Source: Spironucleus salmonicida (Eukaryota). From it: 64,000 bases of DNA. Location of the stretch: contig NC_090603.1 of assembly GCF_000497125.1 (NCBI RefSeq), positions 620,001-684,000 of the forward strand, given 5' to 3'. Positions 1 to 14,184 of this stretch are shown here, in pieces (positions within the stretch are counted from its first letter, which is position 1; every line of letters starts with the position of its first letter). The position numbers and the translations under genes are program-made. Under the pieces are notes generated by a model. That model searched no databases, was not told the DNA's origin, and was given only the letters and a program-made list of their open reading frames with translations.

Positions 1-2
1 AT

Positions 3-551
3 TCGGATGATGAAGAATTAACGAGAGAATTATTTGTAAAATCAGGAAAGCGTGTTATTAAACATATTATACGAAGTTAAAACGTAAATAATGATATAAA
101 GTAATCTTTAGTAGAGAAATAAGAAGAGATTGATTAACTAAAATAAACGCTGATTTTGCTACAATAACAATAGATATAAGATACAAATAATACGGATACA
201 AAATAAATAGAAGAACTAAATTTAATAATTGAAGATATTTCTTAGTAAAATGATGACCTTTAGTAAAAATTATAAACAATTTAGATGAAACCTCATACAG
301 ATGACAACAACCTTAAGAATGCATTGAAATAGCTTAAAAATGATGTATTGTCAATTTATGAATCGCTTAAAGTAGCAGTTATAGATGGATAAGAGTTTGT
401 ATTTGATGCAATAATTGCCAAAAGCAATTGGCTTATATAGTAAAATGAAGAACTTTAAAGTGTTAAACAGATCATAACCAAGCTAATTCCACATCAAAAA
501 GAACAGTTAGACGAAATTAATATCATTAAAAAATTGGTGGGTTGTGAATGA
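3..551 (+). CDS. 3' part of coiled-coil hypothetical protein (5' truncated by window)
   Basis: Frame 3 open under code 6 (SDDEELTRELFVKSGKRVIKH...IKKLVGCE*), Q/E/K/L-rich, ends TGA 549-551. Confidence 0.7.
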
Positions 552-557
552 GTTATT

Positions 558-1151
558 TCATCCTTCATTTACTCTCACAAATGGATTAAATAACCATAAT
601 AACATGCTACCCCCTAATTTCTATTTCCACAATTAATAATTAAAATCAGCGACTATATTATTTTTTTACTCAGTCACAGTAACCCCAGTTATAAAACGTA
701 CTCTGCAAAGAATAAAATATCCTCTGAAATATTATACGAAAGCTGTCAAGCTTACCGCCCATGATAATTTATTTTTCAGTACAAACAAACCAAACAAGCC
801 CCAAATTGAACCTGTGATGTAAATTTTAACATAAATATTAAAATTTTAGCCATAGACGCAAGAATTTAAAAATTGGCAATGGTGATCAAATCTCTATCTA
901 CATAAATTGCATGCTCTGCAATGTCGTGTTTAAAGAGGCCTTGAAGTTTAGCAAAATTGACAGAATTTAGAACCCTGCATTTCTAAATTTTGGGGGTGAG
1001 TAAAATACTAGACTCTAATTATTGAAACACAGAAGTTGATAGGTAAAAGTAAGGAAATCGTGAATTAGAGATTAGTTAGCTGTTATTGAAAATAAAGCAA
1101 TTCAAATATGGTAGTTAACAGTGTTAATGATGTAGAGAAGAACTTTTACAT
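558..1151 (-). CDS. DHHC-type zinc finger palmitoyltransferase (197 aa)
   Basis: Code 6 translation contains FCQFCQTSRPLQTRHCRACNLCRDRFDHHCQFLNSCVYGQNF, the DHHC-CRD signature, flanked by hydrophobic segments. Confidence 0.93.
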
Positions 1152-1206
1152 TTATTGTGTAGCCACCTAATTTATATATAAAATATTATGATATGATAAA
1201 AAATAA

Positions 1207-1596
1207 TCAGTCAACACAAACAACCCATGACGCATTCACATATTATATTTATGGGACACCATCAAACCGGACTTTAAGAACTAAATTTTCATCATTATCT
1301 CCTTACTAATAAGCTTCAATAGCCTAGCAAGGATATAATACTGACATCCAGGATGTACCATCATGCCATATTGATAATAGTCGCTACCCTGGTTATATTG
1401 TTTTCAAATTTTATGGATATTTTTTGATAATAGAAGCGCTAATAGTTTACTATTTTGAAGTATCATCAGGTATGAGATCCATAATAACATACTAATCAGA
1501 AGCTGCAATATATTCGATAATTTCAGCTAGCATCCACTATAATTCATTATCAATAAGTACCCTTGCTATAACTGACTAACCAGGATCAAGACTCAT
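1207..1596 (-). CDS. SGF29-like tandem Tudor domain protein (129 aa)
   Basis: MSLDPGQSVIARVLIDNELQWMLAEIIEY...YVIMDLIPDD...PGQRLLSIW...LYPC...VRFDG...VNASWVV follows the SGF29 C-terminal pattern (G-x-x-V-x-A-R-V...QWILAEV, DD, LF-E/D, YVV). Confidence 0.65.
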
Positions 1597-1746
1597 TGAA
1601 AATTAAGTAAAATTATATATTTTAATATAATAATCTAATTGCTTCAAAGTTACATTAGTGAGAATATTACAATAACTAATTCACTCTATACTCGAGAATA
1701 AATATTATAATATTATTTGATATTCTTCCCTATATCTATAAAAAAA

Positions 1747-4700
1747 ATGTTCACGCAACCAATCACACCAAACTTCACCCTATCGATAGAGCCACAAACA
1801 GATGCTGAGATTTACGTAAGCATGAATAACATAATATCTCAATATCTACGCTAATTTTAGTTGCATGAGTTTCTTATCATGTTAAACAACCCTACTCAAG
1901 AACTAAATCGGCTAATTGAACCATATTTAGCAAACCCTGATATCAAGCAATTGGATCATAGTTTTATTCGAAGAATTTTACACCGTAGCCCATCTATGTT
2001 GGAACTCTCTAATATATGGAGAATTGTAATTTTATTATTACATTACGACTAAAACTCTAAGTTAAAATCTGACTCTCCTACAGACCAAAGGATTTCGCTT
2101 AATATATCAGCTAATATTTTTGATGATCGGTTAACACTATCTGATAAAGACTTCTTCTATTATGCGTATGCCGCTATATCGTCAATAAAAGAACAAATTT
2201 TGGTTTGTATGCGGAAAGTTATAGTTGTTAATTTTAATATATTCAAACCAAAAGTAATCTCATGTAAGAATGAACAGCTACCTAGTATTGAAACATTATT
2301 TCGCGATTTGACAAACATCGAGTTCGACGAAAATTTATAAATTGTTTACGAGAAAGAAAGAGTTATGTTATAAGATGAAAATTAGTATTTTTTGGTATAT
2401 TTTTCAGATAATAAAGGGATATTTACGTTTTTAGAAAAGGAGATTCCTGATTCAAATTTACTTATTGGCTACTCTGTAGTAGATATCTATAACTTTAAAG
2501 TTGATACAATTTATCGCGTTCCATCTCATAATTTGGCTCAGAATAGTATTTGTTCAATAGTAATTGAATAAGGTAAATTATTAAATGTCTCAAAATAATT
2601 ATTTATATGGCAATATAATAATAAGTAAATTATGCATTTGAATAGTCTGCTCTGTCATAAAATAGATTATAATATTGATAGAACTACATGCTGTTATGCT
2701 AATTAGCCTGGTGATGATTAGGGTTACAAACTAATACAAACTTTAACAGAGAAAAAAATTGAAGTTTTGTTAGATTTTGATTTACATATTCCAATTTAAG
2801 GAGAAGCTATTACATAGTAGTATTCGGAATATTATAATAGTGCATTTTAGTAAGTTCTTATTCATAATAGTACAGTTTCAATTTTGGTACCTTAAATTAA
2901 AACTTTCGAAAACTTCATTAACTCATGTCCTATAAAAAGAATATTACTAAATTATGAGTTTTTAAAAACTATTACTTTGGCTATAGATGAAATAAGAAGA
3001 ATATTTTTTAAACTTAGACCAAAAGGACTTATATTAAATGGTATAGACTAACTTAATAATGAGTAAATCAATATATTGGATGTTATATTACAAATCAATT
3101 TCCCTAATAATTATTTCTATGCAGCAACCAAAGAAGACTAGTAACTATTTAAAATATAAAGAATATTCAAATATAATAAACTAGACGACATTAGCAAAAA
3201 ATATAATCAGAATAGCATATGTTTATATCGGCAAAATTTTATTGATATCATTGGATTAATTTCATAGTAGACGCTATATACATATTTATTTTCGTATGAT
3301 TAAATGAAAACTACAATAAATAATATTGATTTAAGAAGTCTATAATAAATTAGTATTGACAGACATCTTTATTCAAAACAATGTTAACAACTTAATCTAT
3401 AGAATACAATTATATCATTAAATATGGAATTACCAGAATATTTATTTTCTCTAAGACAACATGCAATAAATATTGTGCAGTATTAGGTATAAGGATTTAT
3501 AGTTATTTAATTAGAATATGAAGCAGGTATTAAATTAATCATTGCTAATACAGGAAACGAAAAATATTACAACCATGATTTTGGAGAATCATTTACATCA
3601 TTGGATAATTAAATAGTTGAAATACAACAAGAAGTATTTTACTTAGAGCCTTGGGAAAACAAAATATATGCATTTCGAACCTAGCAATCAAATTTATAAG
3701 ATTATACTCATTTACCAATACTATATTAAGAATTTAAGCATTTTCTTCCTATGAAATTATTTATGCATTCTATTTAAGTAATATCTGTGAATTAACTATA
3801 CCGTGCATAAAACTAAACATAAATTGTAAATTAATTACTATCGTAGTCTGGGATTTAAAGCATTAATTAAGCTAAAAATAGAATGATCATACAAACGATT
3901 TATAAATAATTTAATTCAGCTATATTTAATCCTTTAATTTTATTGATATTTTCTGATTCTAATTCAAAGCTATCAGTTAAAATCCCCAAATTATCATAAG
4001 ATTTATTAAATGTAATCTATGAGCCTTTTATTCTAAAATTTATGTTCAATATAAGACGGTCAGAAACCTTTTTTGGGTTTGATTTCTCTCTTCTATAAGA
4101 TTATCAAAGACGTATACTATCTCTTTTATTTCCACCTTCTCATTTTAATAAACTGAACATGCTTGTTTCTTAAAATTATGTATAAACATCAAAATTAGAA
4201 CTCAATGATATATTATCTGGATATTTTTAACCAGACATTCTAATAATTACAACTAATATTACAAGTTAAGTTGCTATTTTAGCTCAAATATTATCAAGTT
4301 TCTTTACTGTATTAATAATCGCCCCTATTTATGAGACTCCTTATGGATTATAATCGTTCCCATCAGAATTCCTTGGTAACTTAGAATATACGATTTAAAA
4401 CTTTGAAAATTCAGGAATTCATCATGCTTCAAAACCAAATATAGAAACATTATGCCTCCACAATTTTTAGTATTTTAACACTAAGAATTATGATTTCGTT
4501 CCATAGAATTGGAGTGATTCATGCAACTTATTGACTGCATTTGTTAAACACTTATTTCCTAGAAGTTTTTCGCCACCAAAATGTGTTATAAGTAGTGGAA
4601 ATATATCAGCAATTGCAAGTTCCAGTTTTAAAAGTTTCTTAAATATATAAAAAACCGTAACTCGAGTAACTAGATAGCCAGTCCCTTTTAGAGAAACTAA

Positions 4701-4998
4701 ATTCATAAATTTTGGTGCAAGTATGCAAGATTTAGAATGTGTAGATAATATCTTTTAGTTTGAAGAATTGCGTATTAATCATGATATTTTCTGGGATTAA
4801 ATGATTAATAAAGTGGTATTTATGAGAGGAATATTTTTGAGTAATGATTTGGTTACCTGTGAGGAAAATGTAAAAAACTAAGTTGAAAATAGCTTACTAG
4901 TGAACTGGTGTTGCAATGGTAAGCTAGATACATATTAAAGCGATTTGGTTGGAATGGTACGACTTGGGTAAAAAATTATTAACTTTATTGGGTAGTGA
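1747..4998 (+). CDS. large hypothetical protein (~1083 aa)
   Basis: aaaATG at 1747; frame includes track ORF 1861..2052; no in-frame TGA in the lines checked; ends TAG-TGA giving the AGTGA signal. Confidence 0.75.
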
Positions 4999-5056
4999 TA
5001 TTTTCAATAATAATTATTATACTAATATATACTAATGTTATAAATTATCCTCTAAA

Positions 5057-7189
5057 ATGAATATCGACGAATTGATAAACTTATCCTCTACACCCTAAGT
5101 TATAGAGGAAACATTGGAAGATTTATAGAAAAAAGCATATACAAACATAGAGCGCTTATCTTCACCATCATTAGAAATTGTCATTGATTCTTTCAAGAAT
5201 CTTTAGGAAATAACATCAAAAAATCCAGAATTGACTATTTAAGCATTCTAAACTGCAATGAATATGATTTCATCAACTCCAAACTCTCCTTCAACTAATC
5301 AAATCTTAGCGTTTTTGCATCAGGTTTTTGTTTCAAAAGATATTTTGTTTACTGAGGAACATATAATACTAATATTTGAAGTTCTACGAGTATCGACATA
5401 AGTCGATTAAAATGCTTTTATTTTTGCGGAAACTATCATTAAAAGCGACATTTATAAAACCTTTACTTTCAGTACATATTCTATTCCAAATCTGCTTATT
5501 TCAGTACTTTCTAAACCTAATTTCTCGCTAAATTTTATATTAAAGTTGGTTGAATTAAATCAAGAGATATTTTATACAAATAGCGAAAACGAAATAATTA
5601 GAAACAATTTAAAAACCTTACTAGCTGAATTAGACTTTATTAAATAAATAATGTTAAAAATTGAGCACTTTTAGGTTAAAGGAATCGAAAGTGTAAACTT
5701 AATATAATTATTAATGAAATTTTCTGACTAATCTATATTCTAGCCACATACTGTTGCATAATTTTCTTTAATTGCAGACTTTTACCATTCAGCAGCATAT
5801 TCATATATTATTTCATATAATAATAACATCCCCACTCCACTTGATTAATTAGAAATTTTACAAACTTTAACTAGTATTTTACTATATTATATTAATAACC
5901 ACATACTTGATAATTCTACTGTAGAAAATAGTAAAATTTTTAATTATCTAATTCTTCTTATTTCATGTTCCCAACATGAAATTCTCCTCGCCACTTCTCT
6001 CCACCTCATTGACCTCATTTCATCAAATTAGTCACTTACAACCCTTTCAATTACGTAAATTCCAAATCAAAATTGCGATTTCACTTCAATTCTCGCAAAT
6101 ATCTACAAAAATCCGATTTTTAGTTAAGAAATTCGAACGAATTCACTTTCCGTTTTAAGGAAAATAATCTGTCAAAACAAAGAAGTTTTTGCTGCGAGTT
6201 TGAGCAAAGAAGCCAGAAAAGGTGTCCGCGGCGACGTTCAGTCTGGCTTTAAGATGATCGCGCGAAGCTTTTTGGTGTCAAAACCGACGGAAATCGAATC
6301 AGTTTTTGGCAAAGCCGCGAAAGCGTATAAAGCAGGGCTTTTGAAATTAGAAAGGGGCGATTTTGAAGTTGATGGAAGGGGGCTGACAACAATTATAAGC
6401 ATATTATTGAATAATAATGATGATGGGTGTTTTGGAATTATATTAGAATTGCTTCAAAATGCGCTTGTCGTACAGCATTTTGGGGCTAGTGTAACGGAGA
6501 GCTGCAAAAAATTGGCAGAAGTGCAATTCGTCCAAAATCTGTGCTGCAAGTTCTTTGTTTCCATGAAGTTTTTAAACTGCAAAATTGTATATTGCAAGCT
6601 AATTAGCTTTATATATGAAAATGCTACAACGTATGCATTGTGTGGGTTTAATGGCAATTTTGAGGGATTTTCTGAGATAATAACATTCCTAGATAGCTCA
6701 AAATACTATGACGCACTGATTTTATCAAGTCTGAGCATAGACATAGGAACGGAGGTTTAACATTATAACAAGGGATTTAAATTTGTTGAAAAACTTTAAA
6801 ATGCCTTAGAAACACTCAGATTGAACCCAGAGAACTTTACAATTCATTTCGATTTTGAAAAGCTCATTTCTGAAAAGATTAAGACATTTGAAAACGAGAC
6901 TACGTGTGGATAAGTCTAGAATACAACAAAAGTTGTTAACCGGGTATCAGAAAGTCAATATAATCAGCTTCTTGCTAAATGCGAAAAGCTAGAAATCGAA
7001 AACCAATAGCTCAAGTAAAAGATATTAACCTTAGAGAGCAATAACGAGTAAGCAGAACTCTAAAACCAACCAAAAACAGTAGAATTTCAACCAGAAATCA
7101 CACCAGATGAGTTTTTTGAGCAGGAAAATATCGCACCCAGCAGAAAGCACGGTAGGCAGCGAAAAATGGTCACAGATACTGCCGAATGA
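5057..7189 (+). CDS. helical-repeat protein with C-terminal coiled coil (~710 aa), possibly Uso1/p115-like
   Basis: ATG 5057, in frame with track ORF 6200..6760, TGA 7187-7189; C-terminal heptads (YNQLLAKCEKLEIENQQLKQKILTLE); the p115 resemblance is by eye only. Confidence 0.7.
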
Positions 7190-7199
7190 TCAAAGAACT

Positions 7200-8180
7200 T
7201 CACTTATACATCTGCTTCTTAATATGCCTCTTGATGGTAACCAACTATCCGTCAAAATTCATCTGACCTTCTCTGATTGCCGCCTCGCCTGCCATGTCGT
7301 CCGAAAAATACACGATAGCGCAGGGAGATTGGTTCAGGTTCTGCCTGGTGTTCAAAATTGAGAGACTGGAAACGGTCCCAAACACCTAAAAATTCGTACG
7401 GATGCTAGAATCAGAGACATCCATGGGCAGCTCACTGACGTAAATACCGACCTACGTTGTGACCTTAGCGTGCTGGTGTTGTGTCTCCCGAATCTCCTTT
7501 GTGATGAAACGCTTGACAAAGATTTGGGGGAACGAGATGCCAGGATAAACGTCCTGGAGGAACTTACCGAAGCTGGTGCCCTGCAACTATTTCAGCGCGC
7601 TGTTGCTCTCGGCCTCGGAAATGAAATGCAGGTACACAAAAAACTTACTGTTTGGGTACACGAACTGGACGTAGCAGAAGATGTCCCCCGTCAGGTAGCG
7701 ATCTATTAAGCCCTGGAACGCCTCCTCCTGGATGAACTCGGCCACGTTGGACAGGATCAGCGTCAGCTTTTTGTGGTAGCCGGAGAGTTGCACCGCCCTG
7801 CCCCGAACCAGAATCTTACGTTGGTGACAGGCCCTCACCAGCGCATCACGTTCCTTGAAATTGACAAATCCGAAGCATTTGGGCGCTTGCACGAAGACGT
7901 TTTCCAGGTCACCGAAGGGCGAAAATGCGACCTCGAGGTCTTGGTTGGTTGTGTTTGGTGGCAGGCTACCGATGTAGAGCTGGAACTGGCGCGACTCGTC
8001 CGGTCTCGGTGCTGGTGGGGCAACGAGGCCTGGCGGGAGACAGAGCGGAGGGGATGCTGAATTTTAGGTACCAAATTATTCGTAATATGTGTTTAGAGCT
8101 GTGAAATCAGCATTAAACCTCGAATTTTACGATCTAGCGAATGGGAATGGTGCGAAATCGGTTTCAACACTATCAAACAT
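7200..8180 (-). CDS. RNA-binding protein with three RRM domains
   Basis: RNP2 QLYIGSLP and RNP1 KCFGFVNF; further RRMs LTLILSNV and GIYVSELP...CAIVYF; stop within AGTGA; alternative ATG at 8186. Confidence 0.88.
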
Positions 8181-8370
8181 TTTCATTATAATATTAGATA
8201 TTGCACAATAATACGCTTTAATATTAGTGGAGAGGGATTGTTTATTTTAGTAAATTTCTAAACTGACTTATTTGTGGGTAGGTTAAGCTGAATTATAAAG
8301 AATGGTTACTCTCACTAGAAAAAAATTATTGTGATGAATGGCTTTGTATCAGTTACATTAATGGTAATTT

Positions 8371-8793
8371 TCATTATTTGCCGTTGCCCTATCGACGACG
8401 CTTAGTCTATTGTTTTCGTCTTGCATCTAAGACCTGCATAGAAATGATATCATACTTTGCAGTAGAGATTGCTATTATTTTTTCGTCGTTTGTATCTGTT
8501 TTTAGCAGTTTCTCCTATTTTTTGTGCATTGGAAAAGTTTAGGATATGAAAGCCACTATTTTTTAGTTATCTACATTTTTCTTCACTTTTAAAGCTGCTA
8601 ATCTTTAGTGTTCTACCATTTTTGAGCTTAAATTTTCACCAATTCTTCCTAAAAATTGTTAGCTATACTCTTTAATAATATACATTCTTTTCTTTTCCAT
8701 ATTAAACTACCTACGCTATTCTATAAGGGAATATGTGTTACTTTATGGTACTTACCGAGTGGTTAGTTAGGGTAGCTTAATAGGTGTTTGCAT
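8371..8793 (-). CDS. hypothetical basic protein (140 aa)
   Basis: ATG 8793 to TGA 8373-8371, open under code 6 (MQTPIKLPQLTTRQ...RRRQGNGKQ*). Confidence 0.6.
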
Positions 8794-9394
8794 TATTTAG
8801 GGTTTTCTAGTATACTATAATATTAAATATATAAGAAAAATGTTCTCAAATAAATTACTAATTTAAAAAACATAGTTATTAAAAAGCATTACATATTAAA
8901 AGTTTAATTAATTATTAAAACGGTAATTCTTTTTATACAATAATTTTATACAATTTACAATCGAGTGCTATTTTATAGAGATATGTTAAGCAAAGTATTC
9001 CTTGTTTTGAAGGTATTAGCTTCAAAACTATCTTAAATATTTGATATTTTGTTCTAATTAGAAAAATAATTACTGATAGAAACTCTACTCAAAACATAGA
9101 ATGCTCAGCTTGTAAATAATCTTATACATGTTCCACGTTACCGTATTTACAAGTTTACATATTTACACTAAAAGAATTTATCATTAATTTAAATGCGTAA
9201 AATATGTAAATATCATGCAAATTTAACTACGATACAATCCGTCCTTCCTTGGTGTTACATTACAGCTATTTATTATATTGCCAAGATACCCAAAAATCAT
9301 TAAATCTGTTTTCTCAACCGTTTAACTTCATTTTTCGTTAAATTCGCTTTGGCTTATATCACATCTTAAATCACACGAATTAGCACACAAACCC

Positions 9395-12300
9395 TCACTC
9401 GGTTTCCTTATCGTCACTTTCGTTTTCTTCATTTTCGTCCTCTGAGACACTAGAACTTTCGCTTTGGCCTTGTCCTCCATTTTCGACTCTTCCCTCGATG
9501 CCACTGACCAATTTCATAACTTCGCTACTCTTGTAATAGATCCACTCGCGCCTATCACACACATCTTCCACTTCCTTGAATACGTCGTAAAATGCATCGA
9601 ATTTTCGTCTTTCGGTGCCGATAAACTCCTTGATCTGGCTCATTGGAGGGACGTAAAATTCTTCATTTCCGGGAGATGCAATTTCGACAATTTATGACGA
9701 AATTCGCTCAAAGTCGATTTAGAACAACGGATTTTACGGATCTAATTAGCGAGATTTCATAAAATCAATTGCAGCGAATTCGAACAGTCCGAGCTTATTC
9801 AGCGAGAACGCCCGTGCATAATAAAGCCTAGGATTGTTAGGATCCAGACGAATCAAAATTGTAAAATCGTCACATGCTAATTCATGCAAATTTAGCTTTT
9901 AAAAAGCTTTAGCGCGCTCATGGAGATAAAATGCATTTTATTGGCAAGCCCAAACTCTTGGTGTAGAAATTAGAGATAGCAGTTAATTCGGGAGAGCTGA
10001 AGGTGGTTAAAAGTCTTTATTTTGCATTAATAGAAAGTCATCAAAAGGTTTGATTTAGAATTTTAAATTATTAAATGAAGCCTATGTAACTTGATTTTCC
10101 AGTTATTGAATTCTTGGAACTAATTACTATAGTGCTTACTTTGGGTCATCTGGTAGCTCTGATTTTTTACTAGTTTTGTGTAAATCTGAGAATATCTTAT
10201 ATGTGAACAAATCAGTACCCTCTGCTAACTAATTTTCCTAAATTTTTGGAATATTTAACTACAAATTTGATATATCTTACGGATTTGCAGTTAAAAATAA
10301 CGAAATCTCCTCTAGACTTGGTAATGATATAACTCCAGTTTAATTTATCCGCTCATTTATATAACTAGCCATTCTAGCCGTGAAATGCGTTCTAAGTGCA
10401 AGAGTTAGACATTTTGTGGCGAGCTCTAACCGATTAGCATATATCAACGCCACTCCTTACATATAATAAGCCCTATGAACAGCGAAATACGGGATTCCAC
10501 TAATCAAACAATCACGAGAGCAATGATATGACTTATTATAAAGTCTTAAGTATGCATAGATTTTGCTCATAAAGAATAATAAATTACCAACGCCCTAACA
10601 TACTTTTTATCTGTATTTCTATCCAGATACAACTACAAAATGAGCCTTTCCACAGTCTTTTAAAGCATGTGGAAATCTATTTAATTAGGTTAATGCACGA
10701 GCACGCAAAAAATATAATTAGTATAGCAACTCCCTTTCTTCTGAATTTAAGTCTACAGTTAACATGTTACTCAACCAATCTGATTCGACGATTTAATCAT
10801 CATGAGGAACACGAATGGGTTAATTACTCCTAACCAATACTTAGGTTTAGGTGATTTTGCGTTTTCCATTTCGTGTTTCACTCTAGAAATCAAATTCTTC
10901 TAACATTTTACTAATTCCACGGACACAGCCAACGTAGTCTTCAAGATAGAACAAGCATTCGGCTTTCTTTTTCATAATAAACGTATTATACTGACCTGGA
11001 AGTGCTCCGAATAAGTCAAGAAGCGGAAAAACTAGTTAATTTCCATCATTTCCACGGGCAGCGCTACTTGGACTCAAAGGATCCTTAGGAATTGCATCTA
11101 CACCACCGGCTATATGGTATGCTGTAGCAAGTGGGCTACCTGGTGGTAACCAAGCCAAAAGGCCATAAACTTTATCACAATCTACTTTCTTAGCTGCCAT
11201 AATTTTTTCTCTCATCCCACCTCCTGGGCGTTATTATGCATTAACTAAATCAGACAGAGCTTGGTTGTAGTTTCTTTTCTACATTTCACAGACAGCCTTA
11301 ATGTAAAAGCTTTCCCAGTTTACTCCTGTTTATTATGATTATTGTAATTTAATACTTGTTTCACTAGAACTAATAGCTAAATCGAAATTCAATGTATCAT
11401 GGTATAGCATAGAAAGAAGATCATGATACCGTTCATCAAGTTTGTCAATTTAAATTGCTTCTTATATTAATTAGATTGCACGAGGAAAATTTAGTTTTTG
11501 ACGGTGCAGTAATGCACAATGATATAATGATTGAATGTGAGGAAAAGTTATTTTTTCAGTTTAGAATTATTCATTTGAATTTGATTACATAATAACTGAG
11601 TCAATGACTGAACAATTTTCCGCAAACTCAGAAAGAAATTATTATGTGAATTGACGATGGAAAACGGACTTTAATATTGACTCATACATAATTAATGCTT
11701 TGTCTATTTGACCCATATTTTCTAAGATAATAGCTTTGTTATAAGCGACGTCTGAATTAAGTTTTCTGCGTGCGCAAAATTCTACATCTTACAATGCTTT
11801 ATCATATTACCCCATGATTCTGAAGGCTGCTGAACGCTCAAAATAAGTTTAAGCGTTATTATTCTCTAAAGAAATAGATGTCGAAAAATCTTATAATGCC
11901 TCAATATGATAGCCTAAAAGGGCTTTAGCCTTTCCTCTAGCCGCATAAAATTCAGGGAATGACTCTTTTTCAACAATTTCTTCATCCTAATTTTCAAACT
12001 GTTCATCAAACAATTCCGTAGTTTCTGGAGCATCAAATTCCATAATTCTAAATTTTTAATTTTAATACCAATTAAGGATGACTTACTTTTACAATGATTT
12101 TGTATCGATTTATTTGGATTTTTTACGTCTATTGGATTTCTTCTCTTATAAAAATTAGCTCGCCGATTCTATTGCACTACTAAATGATTCAACAGCAGAA
12201 TGATTATTGCCAGTTTCTAACAATGCTTACCCAAGTTTGTAATACCTCAAATGCATTGAATTGTTCTAACTTGCTGATTAAACAGCTTTCCTTAAATCTG

Positions 12301-13045
12301 CAATCGATTTATTACCATCTTTTGTTGGACCTGATTTTAGGTAAGCAGCACCTCTACGAGAATAAGCTAGACCAAAATTTTCGCTTAATTCTACACATTT
12401 TGAGAAATCCTCAATAGATTCAGACCAATTTCTAAGATCATATTTGCAAACGCCTCTTCTGTAATATAAATCAGCTAAAGTTTAATTAGAAATCTAGATT
12501 ATGTCATGTGGAAGCTCTCCAGGCCCGACTGGAACTTTTCTTAAAGTTCTAAACTCTTCTTATAAAAATAATGCTTTATTTATAGCAAAATCTAGGTCTA
12601 AAATTGCCTCTTTAAGCTTTTTAAGCTTGTAAAACCCATGAGACCGAGCTACATAAAGTGCATAATTCTCCTCGTCTATATGGAGTGCAATAGATAGATC
12701 AAATACATACCTATGATATTCTTGGCATATAAAATAGGTCTTCGCACGAGCAAAATAGTATGAGATTTTCGTTAGTTAAAACTGAATAGCCTATGAGTAG
12801 TAATCAATTGCAGAGGAGTATAGGTTAGTAAGTTCTTCTAAAGGATTTATTTATGCCGTTTTCTATTTTGTAGATACAGTAGGGTGTGTTGATATTTTAA
12901 TTTATAAAAAATTGTGTTAAACAGCATATTACAGGGCCTAAGTTAGCATTCTCTCACCTTTAGAATATGCATCCATTGCCTTTCGCTCGGTCTCTTTTTA
13001 CTTTTGTCGGTCTAAAAATGAGTCTTGCTACTGCTTAACTGACAT
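9395..13045 (-). CDS. large tetratricopeptide-repeat (TPR) protein (~1216 aa)
   Basis: ATG 13045 in frame with track ORF 9395..9643; TPR units such as AIDYYSQAIQF...YYFARAKTYF, ALYVARSHGFYKLKKLKEAILDLDFAI, RLDPNNPRLYYARAFSLNKLGLFEFAAIDF; acidic tail; gAGTGA stop. Confidence 0.88.
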
Positions 13046-13216
13046 TTTAAATTTTCTGGAAAATATACTAACACATTAAATGATATAATAATCTATAATT
13101 CCTAAAAATTTATTTAAACCTTTTATATATTATTTTATATATTACTTCATATAATTTTTCTAATTTGTAATATAATTTGGCTACCACTTTTGTATACATT
13201 TCACTCCAGCTCGGTA

Positions 13217-14044
13217 ATGTCTGCAAATCCTGGAGAGTACGCTAACATATTTTCTGACGTTAACTCGGTCCTGAACGACCGCGGCTACTCGTAAATGCAA
13301 TTTACGAAGACGTTTTCCACCCCAAAAACGTCATTTTCGGCCACGTTGACGCCGTCGCAAATCTCGCTCGCTGCGCAAGCGGCGCCTAGAAGCTATTTTT
13401 CCGGATCTGCGAATTTGGACACGGCAGCGAACGCCCAAATGGCGCTAAATTTGGGCTCCGCGGCCTTTAAGACGAATTCTACAGCAGAATTCACCCCAAT
13501 TTTCGACCAGACGATCCAGGACGCCATCCAGGGAAAGCAGGGGAAATACGTTAAGCACGACGTGAATTTCAGGGAGCAACTTCACGTTTTGACCGAAAAC
13601 GCGAATAGCTCGCTCCTGTACAACATGAGGGGCAGGATTTTCGCTGGTTCGTCTTTGGTGAAATTGGGCGCTTTTTCTGCCGGTTTCGAGGCCGTGCACG
13701 TCGCCTCGCGCAGCATCACTTTGCAGGCGGCGGCGCTGAAGTACCAAAAGGACGGCATTCAGGTGGTCGGCCAGGTCAATTCGACGAAAACTGCGGCCTT
13801 GGGGGCCGTTTTCCAGGGCGAGCGATTTGCGATCGCTGGGAAACTTCAGGGGAGTGCTGGGCAGGTTTAGGGCAGTGCTGGGGTCGTTTTTGGTGTTTCT
13901 GGGGGCCAAATTAACGTTAATATCGACAGCTTGGGAGCGGTTGGAACTGGGCTCAAAGTAGGATTGGCTGGCGGACTGCTCGAGGTGGGCGGAAAGTTTA
14001 AGCTAGGGGGAGCTCCGGAGGTCGGGTTCAGCCTTGTTGTCTGA
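13217..14044 (+). CDS. TOM40: Tom40-like eukaryotic porin (beta-barrel translocase of mitochondrion-related organelle), 275 aa
   Basis: N-terminal NPG plus short helix (MSANPGEYANIFSDVNSVL), alternating amphipathic beta-strands, C-terminal beta-signal-like EVGFSLVV*; VDAC not excluded. Confidence 0.72.
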
Positions 14045-14184
14045 TTGAAATTTAAAGTATCAGTTTTTGGGGTAGTTGGTCGATTTATACGTTTATTACA
14101 CGTTTTCTCTACATCTCAAAAATTTATTTAATATAATATTATATAATATATAAGATAATATTCATCTAAAAATTTCCTTTTCAA

